From NCBI RefSeq assembly GCF_016432865.1, contig NC_067399.1:78926001-78990000 (forward strand): a stretch of 64,000 nt of DNA, written 5' to 3'. Position 1 is the first letter of the stretch. Every line of letters starts with the position of its first letter. Below are positions 25,320-37,919 of the stretch, piece after piece. Below the pieces are notes generated by a model. That model was given only the letters and a program-made list of their open reading frames with translations, had not been told where the DNA came from and searched no databases. The translations under genes were made by a program, and so were the position numbers. This DNA is from Antechinus flavipes (taxonomy: Eukaryota).

Positions 25320-25560
25320 TCTGTTACCAATCACCAGGAAGGAGTGAGTGAGCCCACCCGCCAGCCCTTCAATATTATTTTATATAATTTGTGGGGGTAT
25401 ATGGAACACATTCAGTTTCGTTTCATACAGAAACCCCCTCCCCATTATTTCTTCCTGTGGCAAATATTATAAATAGGCCCCCCTCTCCTTATCTGATCCT
25501 TCCCTAAATGTTTTTCATTTGAAAACCACAGTTAATTTTAGATAGTTGTCACAGATAATC
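25320..25560. promoter_or_regulatory. Candidate enhancer/promoter (ETS, RUNX, GATA, ISRE-like, MEF2/TATA)
   Basis: Dense motif cluster in unique sequence (positions given in findings). Confidence 0.4.
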
Positions 25561-27079
25561 TCAAATTTGTGTGTATTGTATGCCCCAGTTCTAAGAAAAA
25601 CATGCCATTTCTGAAAGTTTCTGCCTTGACCTTTTCTCTAGTGCCAGGGCCAGAACTCACTCCTTTCTCTTGCTTTTGTCCAAGGAATCTCCTAGTAGTA
25701 CAATGGCCTTGCTGGCTTCCATTTTCCCAAATAGATAAAGTTTATCCATTCTCTTCTGTTTCCTCTCCTCTATGTTTCCAAATTGTATAGTTAGGCCTAA
25801 AGGGATTGCCTTGTCTAAAAAAGGTTAGAGAGCAAAGGTGTGGTTTTATGACTGGGGACTCCTGCAGTTTCACATTGACAAATCTGCCTCTTCTTTCCCT
25901 CAGGAGGTTGGGCTCCCACCCTACTTCCAACAACTTCTGGAAAGGTAGTACAAAGAGGAGGGGGAAAAACAGGCTGTTTTCTGAGCCTAAGCCACATTTC
26001 TTTTGGCCATGGTTAAAAGGTAAAAGAACATTCTAATTCTAAGCTTGGAGGGGGGATGAAGAAAAAAGATTTTTGGATGTTTTTTTTTTTTTTTTTTCCA
26101 GGAAGGTATGCAAAAGGATCATATTCTAGGAGTACTCAAAGGTTTTAGGAGAGGATATATTTGGGGAGGACCAGCTCTCCTTCCCTGCTCTGACTTTCCC
26201 TTTCTTCTATCCCCTTTCTATCCCTCCTTTTTCCTTCTCTTTCTCCTCCACAATTCCTCATGACAGATAGTACAGGCATTTTTATTCCCATTTTCCACAT
26301 GAGGAATCAGCAGGGGAAAGGGATTTGCCCCAAATCTGTGGGAAGAGCCAGGGCTAGATTTACAGTCTTCTTCCTCAAAACCCAGAGCCTTGTATAGGAT
26401 ACCACATTGCCTTCTTCACTCAGAAGGTGGTTGATGGGTAGACAATTCTGGGAATAACAGAAAAGGGAGGAGCTCTGTGGCAAAGCTGAACTTAGTGAAG
26501 AAGGATCTTGCCCAAGTAGATCTTTAATACCTCTGCCAAACGTTTACTATGAATACTAGGGTATGGGCAAGATCCTATGCTCATTCTTGTCCCCCATACC
26601 AGGAATTCACTCTTGCCTTCCTACTGCTTCTTAGAATCTTAGGTTCATGGAAGCACAACGAGAAGGCACTTTAGAAGTCATCAAGTCCATTTCAGGCTAC
26701 AGAAGAGGAAATTCTGTCATAGAGAGCTTAAATCCCTGTCTTCTTGTTCAAGAGCCACCTCACATGGGAAACCTAACCCAATTATTTTAGTTGTCTGGGC
26801 TCTCTCCTTTCAAGTTACTACTCTTATGTGGATTTGTATAATATTGTTTTCTCTATTAAAATGGAATCACTTTGAAGGTAGGAGCAATTTTTTACTTTTC
26901 TTTGTTTCCCCTTGCCTCCAGTGGCTGACATGACATCTGTACATAGTAAGATGACAACAAAGACTTATTCAGTTATATTAGGTTGGAAGGATTTCAAATA
27001 TTAGAACATATCTGCAAGAGTCCTTGCATTTTAGTTTAGTATAAGATCCTAGGATGAAGAATTGAAGACGCTTTCAACA

Positions 27080-27273
27080 TGATTTAATTCTTAACCTGGG
27101 GTCCATAGATAGATTTTGAGAGGTTCCTAAGTTTGGAGAAGGGAAAAACACATCAGTGCTTTTATTAACATCTAACTGAAACTTCCTTCAGTTGTGAATG
27201 TAAGCACCAGTATGTATGGATCCATATGTTTCACCATGACTGCCATATGTGACATAAGAATTAAGAACCTTTG
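27080..27273. mobile_element. hAT-Charlie-type MITE
   Basis: AATTCTTAACCTGGGGTCCATAG start, AATTAAGAACCTTTG end. Confidence 0.65.
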
Positions 27274-27559
27274 ATTTAGTGCAATCACTTTATTTTACAT
27301 ATGAAGAAACTGATTACTTTGGAATTATGCAAAGGTCGGTGTGGTAAAGAGGAAATAAATGGGAAAGTTAGAAGACATTTCAATAGTCATAAAAACATGG
27401 GGTCCAAGATCCAGATCTGAAAGGAACCATAGAGAACATTGAGTTAAAGTCTTTTATTTTTACAGATAAGGAAACTGAAGTATATAGAGAGGTCACACAA
27501 TAAATTCTTAAGGCAGGATTTGAACTCTGATTTTTGACAGGCAAGTGGTATTGAGGATT

Positions 27560-27906
27560 TTGCCCTTCACTGAAGCCACTCTAGAGTGGTAACAGTGAGA
27601 AAAGAGGAGAAGAATATGAAAGGAACCCTAGTAAATGATTGGATATGAAAGGTTAGGTACAGAGGAAAGTCAAATGCCAAGATTTTGAATATAAGAAACC
27701 AAGTGCATGTGTATGTCATGAATAGTCAAATCAGAAGATGAGATGTTCAGAGAGAAAGATTATAACCTTAATTTTGGATAGGTAGAATTTGAGATTGCAG
27801 TGGGATATCTAAAGAGAACTATCCTGCTATAATTAAAGATATGGATGGATCTTTTAAAAGATGTGGGAAGTGGTGCTAGAGATCTGAAAATTCTCTGAAC
27901 AGAGAT
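27560..27906 (-). mobile_element. L2 fragment
   Basis: AAATGATTGGATATG...GAATTTGAGATTGCAGTGGGATATCT, L2-like. Confidence 0.55.
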
Positions 27907-28879
27907 NNNNNNNNNNNNNNNNNNNNNNNNNNNNNNNNNNNNNNNNNNNNNNNNNNNNNNNNNNNNNNNNNNNNNNNNNNNNNNNNNNNNNNNNNNNNNN
28001 NNNNNNNNNNNNNNNNNNNNNNNNNNNNNNNNNNNNNNNNNNNNNNNNNNNNNNNNNNNNNNNNNNNNNNNNNNNNNNNNNNNNNNNNNNNNNNNNNNNN
28101 NNNNNNNNNNNNNNNNNNNNNNNNNNNNNNNNNNNNNNNNNNNNNNNNNNNNNNNNNNNNNNNNNNNNNNNNNNNNNNNNNNNNNNNNNNNNNNNNNNNN
28201 NNNNNNNNNNNNNNNNNNNNNNNNNNNNNNNNNNNNNNNNNNNNNNNNNNNNNNNNNNNNNNNNNNNNNNNNNNNNNNNNNNNNNNNNNNNNNNNNNNNN
28301 NNNNNNNNNNNNNNNNNNNNNNNNNNNNNNNNNNNNNNNNNNNNNNNNNNNNNNNNNNNNNNNNNNNNNNNNNNNNNNNNNNNNNNNNNNNNNNNAAAAA
28401 ACAAAATATCTCAGAGATGAAAGCAACAGAAAAGTTTAGTAGAACTGCTGATCTATCATGAGCTAAAATGAAGTCCAAGAGAAAGAAGACTAAAAACAAA
28501 ATGGTGGAAACAGAAACCACATTATGAGAGCCTGCGCAAAGAGCAAAAGTATGGGTAGTATATGAAGACAACTTTTTCAAGGCTCACAGAATCAACAGTT
28601 TTTAAACTGGAAGAAGCTGTTTAATCTTACCACCAACAGAATGAAAACTTCCTCTACAAAATCTAGGATCATCTGACTCTTTGTTGAAAGATATAGCTAA
28701 ATTATACAATGGATGACCATGTAGTCAAGAGAATCTGAGTTCAAATCAATTCCAGATACTTACTAGCTGTTATGTAATCCAGGGCAAATCACTTAACCCT
28801 GATTACCTCAAAAATAACATTACAACAACAAAATACATAGAGATAGAAATAACACAAGATAAAAGATAAAAAAAAAAGA

Positions 28880-30310
28880 GAGAGAGAGACAAAAGATAAA
28901 ATCCACCATCTCTGGAAACAGCCTATTCCACTTTGGGATGGCCTTAATTCTATATAACAAATCTAAATTTGATTCATCATTATTTCTTCCTGTTATTTTT
29001 GGTTCTGACAACTAGAACTAAGCTAAATAATTCAAATCCTTCTTTACATGATAATCATTAAAGAGAAGACTTTTCTAATCTACTCCTTTAAGTGATCTTT
29101 ATATTATGTAATCTTAAAGCCTTTATCCCAATTATATAATCTCAAAACTTTCACCATTCCATTTGGCTTTCTCCATATATATTTTGGATTATCCTTTCTG
29201 AAATGCACTGCCCAGAAAAGACTAGAATGATTCCAGATGTGGAATGATGGAGACAACATATAGAAAGTTTGTCATTTATCACCTTCTTATCCTAAGTACT
29301 TTCCCTCTCTTAATGCAACCCAAGATTATACACTACAGACTCACAAAACAACTATAGTTCACTAAACCTCTTAGGATTTTTTTTTCTGAGGCAATTAGGA
29401 TTAAGTGACTTGCCCAGGGTCACACAGCTAGGAAGTGTTAAGTGTCTGAGGCCATTTGAACTCAGGTCCTCCTGATTTCAGGCCTGGTGCTCTATCCACT
29501 GCACTACCTAGCTTCCCCAACTTTTTTCCCTTGAGTTATTGTTTAGATCTTGTTCCTGTGACAATGATTTTTTGAACCAAAGTTGAGTTTACATTTGTCT
29601 CTATTAAATTGTATCCTATTATGGTAGATATAGTAGATATAGCCTACTGTTCTAGCCCATTGAGATATTTTTTAATCCTTACCATCATATAATGCATTTG
29701 CTCTCCCACAAAGTTTTTGTATTTATCTACAAATTCAACAAGCACAATATTTATATCTTTACTGAAAACATCAATAAATAACACAGGGCCAAACATAAGT
29801 ACTCCTCACTAATGGAGACCTTGCAAGTTGACATCAAAGGCACAATGACCACTCTTTGAATTGGCCATTTAATCAGTTCCAAAGTCATTTCACAGCACTA
29901 ACCTCTAGATCTTTCATCTCTCTAGCTATTCCACAAGAATAGCACAAAAGACTTTATCAAATACCTTGCTAAAATCTAAATAACCTATATCTAAACCAAA
30001 TCTAGCATTCCTCTTATCTACAAGTTTAGTGACAACAAGGAAAAAGGAAATAAGGTTGTTCTGGCACGACCTGTTTCTGATGAAACCAGGCTGACTCTTT
30101 GTGGTCACCACTTCCTCTTCTAAATGTTCACTAATCATACTTTTAATACTATGTTCTAGAATTCTGCCAGGAATATAAGACTTGCTCACTGGCCTATGGT
30201 TTTATTCCTTTCTTTTTCTTGAAAATTAGGACATTTGCTCCGCTTCAGTCCAATTATATCTTTCTTGTTTTTCACAGTCTGAGATCATTGCCATTGTCTC
30301 AGTCATAACA
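28880..30310 (-). mobile_element. CR1/L3 LINE fossil with RT-domain fragment, interrupted by WSINE1
   Basis: ORF 29926-30189 (-) reads KSQPGFIRNRSCQNNLISFF...YLDFSKVFDKV, matching the CR1 RT motif KSQHGF.KNRSCQTNLISFF...YLDFSKAFDKV; CR1 3' region toward 28880. Confidence 0.85.
29377..29518 (-). mobile_element. WSINE1 (young, low divergence)
   Basis: T-tail + CTGAGGCAATT...AAGTGACTTGCCCAGGGTCACACAGCTAGGAAGTGTTAAGTGTCTGAGG...CCACTGCACTACCTAGCTTCCCC. Confidence 0.9.
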
Positions 30311-30339
30311 TCTTCTACTTCTTAAAATATTAGTTATGT

Positions 30340-30520
30340 AACTCTGAACCAGTAACTTAACCTCTCTCTGCCTCAGTTTACTCAACTATGAAATAGGGAT
30401 CATCATAATACCTACTTCCCAAGTTTTGGGGAGGATTAATAAGATAATATCTGTAAAAGCTTTAATATAGTACCTGGTGCAGAGTAGGTGCTATATAAGA
30501 ACTTGTTCCCTTCTCTTTCT
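30340..30520 (+). mobile_element. MIR
   Basis: CTTAACCTCTCTCTGCCTCAGTTT...ATAATACCTACTTCCCAAG...GTAGGTGCTATATAA tail. Confidence 0.75.
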
Positions 30521-31622
30521 CTTACCTGAAGATGTTATTCAACTGAAGGTAGTTTACCAAACACATCCCAATTCTCCCTTCTTGGGTATCATCTCCCTAT
30601 TAGCCATTTTTTGCCTTGTCCTTTTCTGTGCAAAAATGACACATAGAGTCAGAAGCAAAATAAGAGTTGAATAATTTAATAATGAATTCTATTATAGTGA
30701 ACCGAAGTGCTATGTGGTAAATAGGACATTAAAAGGGCATCCAGGACAGGATAGTATAGGTTTTTGTCTTGAAATAGGTTCAATAATTCAGAGAAAACCA
30801 AATAATTTTTCTGTACTTGGTTTACTTCTCTCAAAATATGGATAATCAATTAGAAGAGAAGTGTGGTTTAGGGATCCAGGTCTGAGGTCAAAAAATTAGA
30901 GTTCAAATCCTATTGACTCTAGGCAAATTATTTGATTTTTCTGTGCCTCAGTTTTCTGTTCTGTAAGATAAGAGGGGTTGTACTAAATCAACGATCCCCT
31001 GATCCTATAGGATTCAAAAAGTAGGCTTTCATAATTCTACAGAAGGGAATCTTTTGAAGGTTTACATGTGGAGGAGAATTCAGAAATAGTATAATATTTG
31101 TCCCAACTAAGCCATTCTGGTGGTAATCAGTGGGCTGGACCTTCCCTGGGGCTATATGAATGAAAGAAATGCCTGTGTGATAGACACAAAGTGTCTTAGT
31201 ATGAGCTACCTTTTGCCTGGCATTTGCCTTTGCCAGGTAGAAAGGTGGGAAGGAACGTTGGAAATTTATGTACTTAGCTAGTAAAAAGGAGACTTGATGT
31301 CCTTTTTCTTTTATAATTAGACATTTGGTTATAGCCACAATGTCTCAAATCTCCTAGTGAGGTTTTAAGCTTTAACAACTTAAAACTTCACTAAGACTTT
31401 TAGGACATGTTGCTCTCCCTTCATATGCTGAATTTATTTAGAAGATGATTCTAGATATTTTCAATTGTTGGGTTTCCTCTTTGAAGATTCTCCTCTTCTT
31501 CCTTTTGCCCATATGCTTTCTATTTGTGGTCAAAGAGATAAATTGCCTACTTTTTTTTTCTTATTTGAAGAGAAAGAAGACAAAAAAAAATGCTATCTAA
31601 ATCAGAACTATTCTGCCTGACA

Positions 31623-32328
31623 AGATTAGAAAAAAAGGAGGGAAAGGGACCCACATGTGCAAAAATGTTTGTGGCAGCCCCTTTTGTAGAGGCAAGAAAC
31701 TGGAAACTGAGTGGATGCCCATCAGTTGGAGAATGGCTGAATAAGTTATGGTATATGAATGTTATGGAATATTATTGTTCTGTAAGGAATGACCAGCAGG
31801 ATGATCTCAGAGAAGCCTGGAGAGACTCACATGAACTGATGCTAAGTGAAATGAGCAGAAACAGGAGATCATTATACACGGCAACAAAAAGACTATATGA
31901 TGATCAGTTCTGATGGACGTGACTTTCTTCAACAATGAGATGATTCAGACAAGTTTCAATTGTTCAGTGATCAAGAGAGCCATCTACACCCCAAGAAAGA
32001 ACTGTGGGAACTGAGTTTGATTCACAACATGGCATTCTCACTCTCTCTGTTGTTGTTTGCTTGCATTTTATTTTGCTTCTCTTTTTTTTTTTTCTGGTTT
32101 GACTTGATTTTTCTTGTGCAGAAAGAGAGTTGTGGAAATATGTGTGCATATATTGGATTTAACATATATTTCTACCATATTTAACATATATTGGACTACT
32201 TGTTATCTAGGGGAAGGCATGGGGGAAGGGGGGGAAATTGGAACACATGATTTTTTAAGAAAGGGCTAATGTTGAAGAATTGTCCATGGGTATGTTTTGA
32301 AAAATAAAAAGCTTTAATAAAGAAAAAA
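31623..32328 (+). mobile_element. 5'-truncated L1 (ORF2 C-terminus + 3' UTR + A-tail)
   Basis: ORF 31590-31913 encodes KMFVAAPFVEARNWKLSGCPSVGEWLNKLWYMNVMEYY (L1 ORF2 C-terminal region); probable TSD AGAACTATTCTGCCTGACA (31604-31622) / AGAATTATTATGCTTGATA (32329-32347), 15/19. Confidence 0.93.
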
Positions 32329-33779
32329 AGAATTATTATGCTTGATAGCAACTTTGGGACAAGGTGGAGGTAGGAAGAGCAAAGGTGATACTTTTTAGCT
32401 AAAGCAGAACCAAGTAAGACAGACATAACTCTCTATACTCAGCAAAATGGATTCCAGTCAGGACAGGCCTTGGTCAGAGCTTGGCCCAAGGTTTTCTTCC
32501 AGTGCAATATGAGATCTCAGGACTTGATAGAAAAGAAAATGGTATATTCCATTCTCTATTGTCCATGCCAATGGAAAAAAAACAAAAAACAAAAAACTCA
32601 GATACATAAGGAGTCTGTCTTACGTGGTTTGATTTTGGACAATTCTAATTATTCCTAATTATCTCTTGAACCATAAATCCCCAAATTTGGAATTTTAGAC
32701 CATCTAGCCAATATAATAAAAGTGATTCTCAAACTTTTTTGTTTCAGGAACACCTTGAGGACCTCTGGAAAACAAATTAAGAGTCACTGATATAGTGGAT
32801 AGAGTGCTGGATTTGGAATCAAGAACACTTGAGTTTAAATCCCACCATGGATACTTATGTAAAAAAGTGAACCCCATGCAAGTCCCTCTTGGTAGCTCAT
32901 TTTTTTATTTGTAAAATCAGGGGGTTGAACTTACTAGTTTTTAAAGGCCTTAAATTTTCTAAAATATTCCTAGAAAGGATAATATGTTATGAATTCTGGA
33001 GTCAGAGTCAAAAGAGCCTAGATGAAAACTCCAAATCCATCACCTAGGAATGTTGTGATTTTGACAAGAAAGTTCCTTAACTTTTCGTGGCCTAGGTTTT
33101 CTCATCTAGAAAATGAGGGACTTGAACAATACAACCTCTAAAGGACCTTCCAATTCAAAATCCCCTGATTCTGTTGTGCTATAAATAAATGATGGTTTAT
33201 GTGTTAGTGACTGAACACTGGCCGGAGAATCGTGGACTTGGAGGCCACCAACCTAAGTTGGAAGTAGTCTTCTCTTTTTGCATCATTGTCTATGTCTCTG
33301 AGCTTCAGTTTTTTCTTCTGTAAAAGAAGTGGATTGGAATCAGTAATCTCTAAAGTCCCTCTGAGCTCTAAATCCTATGATCCTTCTTCAGCTGGCTAGA
33401 ACATTTCTGGAAAATTGTGTTTAATTCCATGGATGAGTCATCTCACTTTTCTAGGCTTCAGTTTTATCATCTGTGACAGGAGAGAGTTGTACTACCTAGT
33501 CCCTGAAATAGGTTCGCATTTTAAAGCCTCTGATCTTGGGATTACACTTCCCTTTGCAATGGAATCCCTGAATTGGGACCAAAGCTTGTCTGTTCCACCA
33601 TTTGGTCATTTTCCCTTCCCACTGTTTAGAGAGATTGGGACTTATTCATCCAGTCATGACTTGAAGTTCTACATTGTTTCTAGGGACTAGTTCATTGAGT
33701 TGTAGAACTATAATTGAAAGAGAGGAAAATGAAAAGTAGATTTATTACAGGGTCAGGATAAGGCAGATAAAAAGAAAAA

Positions 33780-34115
33780 GATAGAGACAAAGATACATAA
33801 GAGGNNNNNNNNNNNNNNNNNNNNNNNNNNNNNNNNNNNNNNNNNNNNNNNNNNNNNNNNNNNNNNNNNNNNNNNNNNNNNNNNNNNNNNNNNNNNNNNN
33901 NNNNNNNNNNNNNNNNNNNNNNNNNNNNNNNNNNNNNNNNNNNNNNNNNNNNNNNNNNNNNNNNNNNNNNNNNNNNNNNNNNNNNNNNNNNNNNNNNNGG
34001 GACACAAAGACAGAGACAGAGAGACACATAGAGACAAAGACACAAAGAAATAAAGAGACAGAGACACAGAGAGACACACAGAAAGAGATAGAGATAGATA
34101 GAGATGAAAGACAGA
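33780..34115. repeat. GA/CA-rich low-complexity tract spanning an assembly gap
   Basis: GAGACACA/GAGATA repeats on both sides of N 33805-33998. Confidence 0.85.
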
Positions 34116-34120
34116 GAATA

Positions 34121-34420
34121 TTCTTTTTTATTAAAGCTTTTTATTTTCAAAATACATACCTAGATAATTTTTGACATTCACCCCACAAGACCCTGTGTTC
34201 TAATTTTTCCCTCCCTTTTCCCACCACCCCGTAGTTAGCAAGTGATTGAATATATGTTAAACATGTACAGTTCTTCTATACATATTTCCACAAATACCAT
34301 GCTGCACAAGAAAATTCAGATCAAAAAGGAAAAAAAAAATAAGAAAGAAAACAAAATACAAGCAAACAACAAAAAGAGTGAAAATACTATGTTGTGATCC
34401 ACACTCAGTATCCACAGTCT
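34121..34420 (-). mobile_element. L1 3' end
   Basis: TTATTAAAGCTTTTTATTTTCAAAA...GCTGCACAAGAAAATTCAGATCAAAAAGG, the reverse of the 31623 L1 tail. Confidence 0.9.
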
Positions 34421-35148
34421 CAAGAAAGAATACTTTTGCTCAAGGAAATTGGGAATAAGATGGGAAATATGGAAAAACAACACTCAACTGACTTAACCTG
34501 ATTAACTATTTAAAAATGTTTAGGGGAAATGGTCAAACATTTAACCGCTTCCTAGAATTGAAGGACCAGGTCAAAGGTAGCATTTTATTAAGTCTTTTCT
34601 TCAGGCTTAGAAACCCCTGAGATCTTGAGGCTTGAGTATCTTTCTAATAGGATGGGGAGATAAGGAAAGACAGTTCTTAGGTGAGTAGCTAAGATTTTGG
34701 GGTGACTAACAGTTCTGAAAAAAAGCTGTTGAGCTGCTTCTTGCTACAAGCACCTTTCTGAGTGACAGGTAGCTTTTACTCAGGGCATTCCAGAAACCAT
34801 AGGGATTAGTATTTAAAGACCATCTAGTTGAACTGTCTTTCAGAAGAAAGGAAAAATCACTTGCCATGCATTTTTCAGGTAGTAAGCAACAGAGCTGAGA
34901 TTTGAATCCAGCCCTCTTGATACCAAATCTTTCTTCACTGTATCCTGGGAGCAATTTAGTATAATGGATAAACGGCCATGAATGAGACCAGGACTCCCTA
35001 GATTCAAATTCTACTTCTGAGACTTCCTAGCTGGGTTATCCTGGTCAAGTTCCTTAACTTCTTAATCTTTGTATATAAAATGGTATTAATAATACCTGTA
35101 GCCCCTACTTTTGTTGTCAGATTGGTGAGCCTCAAAAGAGATAATTTA

Positions 35149-35304
35149 GGGGCAGCTAGTTGGTGCAGTAAATAGAGCACCAGCCATGAAGTCAGGAGGA
35201 CCTGAGTTTAAATCTGACCTCAGACACTTAAAGCTTTTTGGCTTTGTGACCCTGGGCAAGTCACTTAAGTCCAATTGCCTCAGAAAAGAAAAAATAAAAG
35301 AAAG
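35149..35304 (+). mobile_element. WSINE1 nested in a MIR (about 34940-35345)
   Basis: GGGGCAGCTAG head, A-rich tail, TSD AGAGATAATTT (35137-35147) / AGAGCTAATTT (35305-35315). Confidence 0.9.
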
Positions 35305-35479
35305 AGAGCTAATTTGTGGAAAGCATTTTGAGAACTCCTAACTGACTATCAGATGTGATTATCAGGGGACTCATTATCTTTATCTTGACTGGTGCTTGAT
35401 GGGAATAAAGAAATACTCATCTCTGGCTGATTCTTTATCTTATTATTTTTTTTATTTTATTTTATTTTGGTAGCCCAAA

Positions 35480-35760
35480 TAGTGGTCTTGTTGTCCCAGT
35501 CACCCACCCCAACCTCCAAAGAATGACCATGGTGAAGAATCCTTGAACGGTGACACTTTCACCTCTCTGTATTGTACCCTGTGACCCTCGTACCACTGGT
35601 CTATTAACAGAGCTCCCAACCAGGTGACTTCTGGCCAAAGCCCAGCAGAGTCCAAAGTGATTTGGGATTCAGTGTCCTGAACGAGCCACAGATTAGCTAG
35701 TAATCAGCTAGTGATTAGCAGGCTGAGGTCACTTGGAGTTCAGTTCTTATTGTTCCTTGT
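35480..35760. promoter_or_regulatory. Candidate nuclear-receptor enhancer (DR5 RARE + HNF4 site)
   Basis: AGGTCA-CTTGG-AGTTCA at 35726-35742; GAGTCCAAAGTGA at 35648-35660; unique sequence. Confidence 0.45.
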
Positions 35761-36720
35761 AAGAATTCTGGAATGTTTGTGAGGATGCTATCCATTGTAA
35801 AGCCTGATCCAGAGAGATTTGATTAAGAAGAAAAATCTTCTTGTGCTTTCTTCCCCACCCCCAAAAAAGATTGAGCACGTCCACACTCAGGAGGTCCACG
35901 GTGTGTGCACAGAGCTCTTGGCCAGTTAAAAGAAAAATACTGTGGATAAGCTTGGAAATCACTTAATCAGTAAACATTTATCAAGCACCTACTACACATC
36001 AGACATTGTGCTAAATGTGGGGGATATTAAAAAGAGGCAGAAGACTGTCTCTAGTCTCAATCTCTTATAATCTCATGGGCAAGTAGGAAAAATGATGGAT
36101 TAAATGAACGGAGACCTCAAATTACTAAGATTAAAAACTAAGGAGCTTCAGAATGCAAACCCCACTATCTATTAAGAATCTTCTCTATAGAATTACTGGA
36201 AAATGGTCATCCAGTGTCTAGTTGAAGACCTTGAGTTATGGGGAGATCAGTACCTTTCAAAGTATCCCATTCCTCTATCTTTGGATAACTCTGATTGCGG
36301 GAAGGGTTTCCTCCATTTCTATCCTATCCTCCCATCTTTTATATCTCTTCAATTCCTATACATTTCTTTCAGTCTTAGCCCCTGGGGCAAATAATCCCAG
36401 TCTAATCTTCCTTCCATATGACAGTTCTCATAGTTAAGGAAAACAATTTATTCCTCCTTGAAGTCTTCTCCTTCCATTCTAAATATTTCCAATTCCTCCA
36501 ATAACCCATGGGCTGAGTATCAACTCTCACCCATCATTTCTAAAACAGGCATGTGCCAGTTTGCTAAGAACCTTCTTAGAACACAACTCTCAGAACTAAG
36601 TATCATCCTCTAGAAGTGGTGTGAATAGAGCAGGGGCTGCTAACTTGCTGTATGACAGCAGGAAAAGTTCTCCCTGGGCCTCAGTTTCCCCATATATAAA
36701 AGTAAAGGATGGCTCTAGAT

Positions 36721-36873
36721 CAGGGATTTTTGATAACTGCTTTAAATATACTTGCTTTCCTTGGTAATCTTAGGCATTTTATTTTATGCATTTAAAAACA
36801 TTATCTTGAGGAATCCATTTATTTCACTTGATAGCCAAAGAGGTACATAGCCTCAAAATATTATGGACCCCTA
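36721..36873. mobile_element. hAT-Charlie-type MITE, degenerate
   Basis: TTTTATTTTATGCATTTAAAAACATTAT core shared with the other copies. Confidence 0.6.
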
Positions 36874-37412
36874 AATTAGATTCAGTTCCTTAGCTAGAAT
36901 CTCAGTTTTATCCCATAGTTCCATATCAGTTTTTTTCAGTATTCCAAACTATAAGAAAGTCACATTGAACCAATAATCATGTTCAGCCACCTGATTACAA
37001 GATAGTTCAATTCATGGTGGGAAGGGGGAGAGATTCCAAGAGATTCCTGACCTTGGCTGACTGAGAGTTATTTCAAGTTTATATTTTGCTTGTTTGTCTA
37101 CTGTTCTAAGAAGTAAGAATATCTTATGACTCATCAGTGCTTTGTGCATTACAAACTGTTTCTTTATGATATCTTTGTAAAATTATTTCTATTCCCAATT
37201 TACATTTAGGAAAATTGAGGGCAGAAAATTGAAATTATCTGTCTATGGATGTGTGACAATTTTAATGTGAACCTAAATCTGATGATTATGACTGCCTTAT
37301 AAAGGCATAGTATGATTTCTACCATTGGGAATTCTGCACCTTTAAAATGGGCATGTTGGATTCTTGTAGCAGTTAGGATGGACTAGTGGGGAAATGAAAA
37401 GAGGAATTTTTT

Positions 37413-37539
37413 TTTTTGAGGCAATTGGGGTTAAGTGCCCAGGGTCACACAGCTAGGAAATGTTAAGTGTCTGAGGCTAGATTTGAACTCAGGTCCTCCT
37501 GAGGCTGGCATTCTATCCACTGTGCCATTTAACTGCCCC
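37413..37539 (-). mobile_element. WSINE1 with TSD
   Basis: Reversed WSINE1; TSD TGAAAAGAGGAATTTTTT (37395-37412) / TGAGAAGAGGAATTTTTT (37540-37557), 17/18. Confidence 0.92.
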
Positions 37540-37919
37540 TGAGAAGAGGAATTTTTTGGATAGTTGGATATGGGACAAAGAAAGACCCTTTCAATAGGGA
37601 TAGGTTGAAAAGGAACTATTGAAAACAATGCTGTAGTCTTATCAGACTCTGAAAGCTAATGAGTAAGTTGGCAGAAATCTAAAATGGTCATGGGTCAGAT
37701 GTATTTTCTACCTTTAACATGTCCTTCTGTTCATCCTATTTATCTTGCTTAAAATGTCTCTCTTCTCTGCTTATCTAAGTTCTGCTCTTCCTTCAAGGTT
37801 CAACTGGTATTATATAAAAGAGTAGGTTAGCATTACCTTCACTGAGATTGGAAGAAAGGTTAGTAACTTTTAATACACACACTTGTGGGTAAGAATTGCC
37901 ACCAACTCTGTGGCATTTA

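Noticed and set aside
25904-25944. 41-nt exon-like segment after a strong acceptor
   Set aside because: Weak donor (GTAGTA) and unrecognised peptide; mentioned only as context for the 25.4-kb motif cluster.
29926-30189. 87-aa RT-like ORF
   Set aside because: CR1/L3 fossil in a decayed, SINE-interrupted element.
31590-31913. 107-aa ORF with realistic protein sequence
   Set aside because: It is the L1 ORF2 C-terminal remnant, not a host gene.
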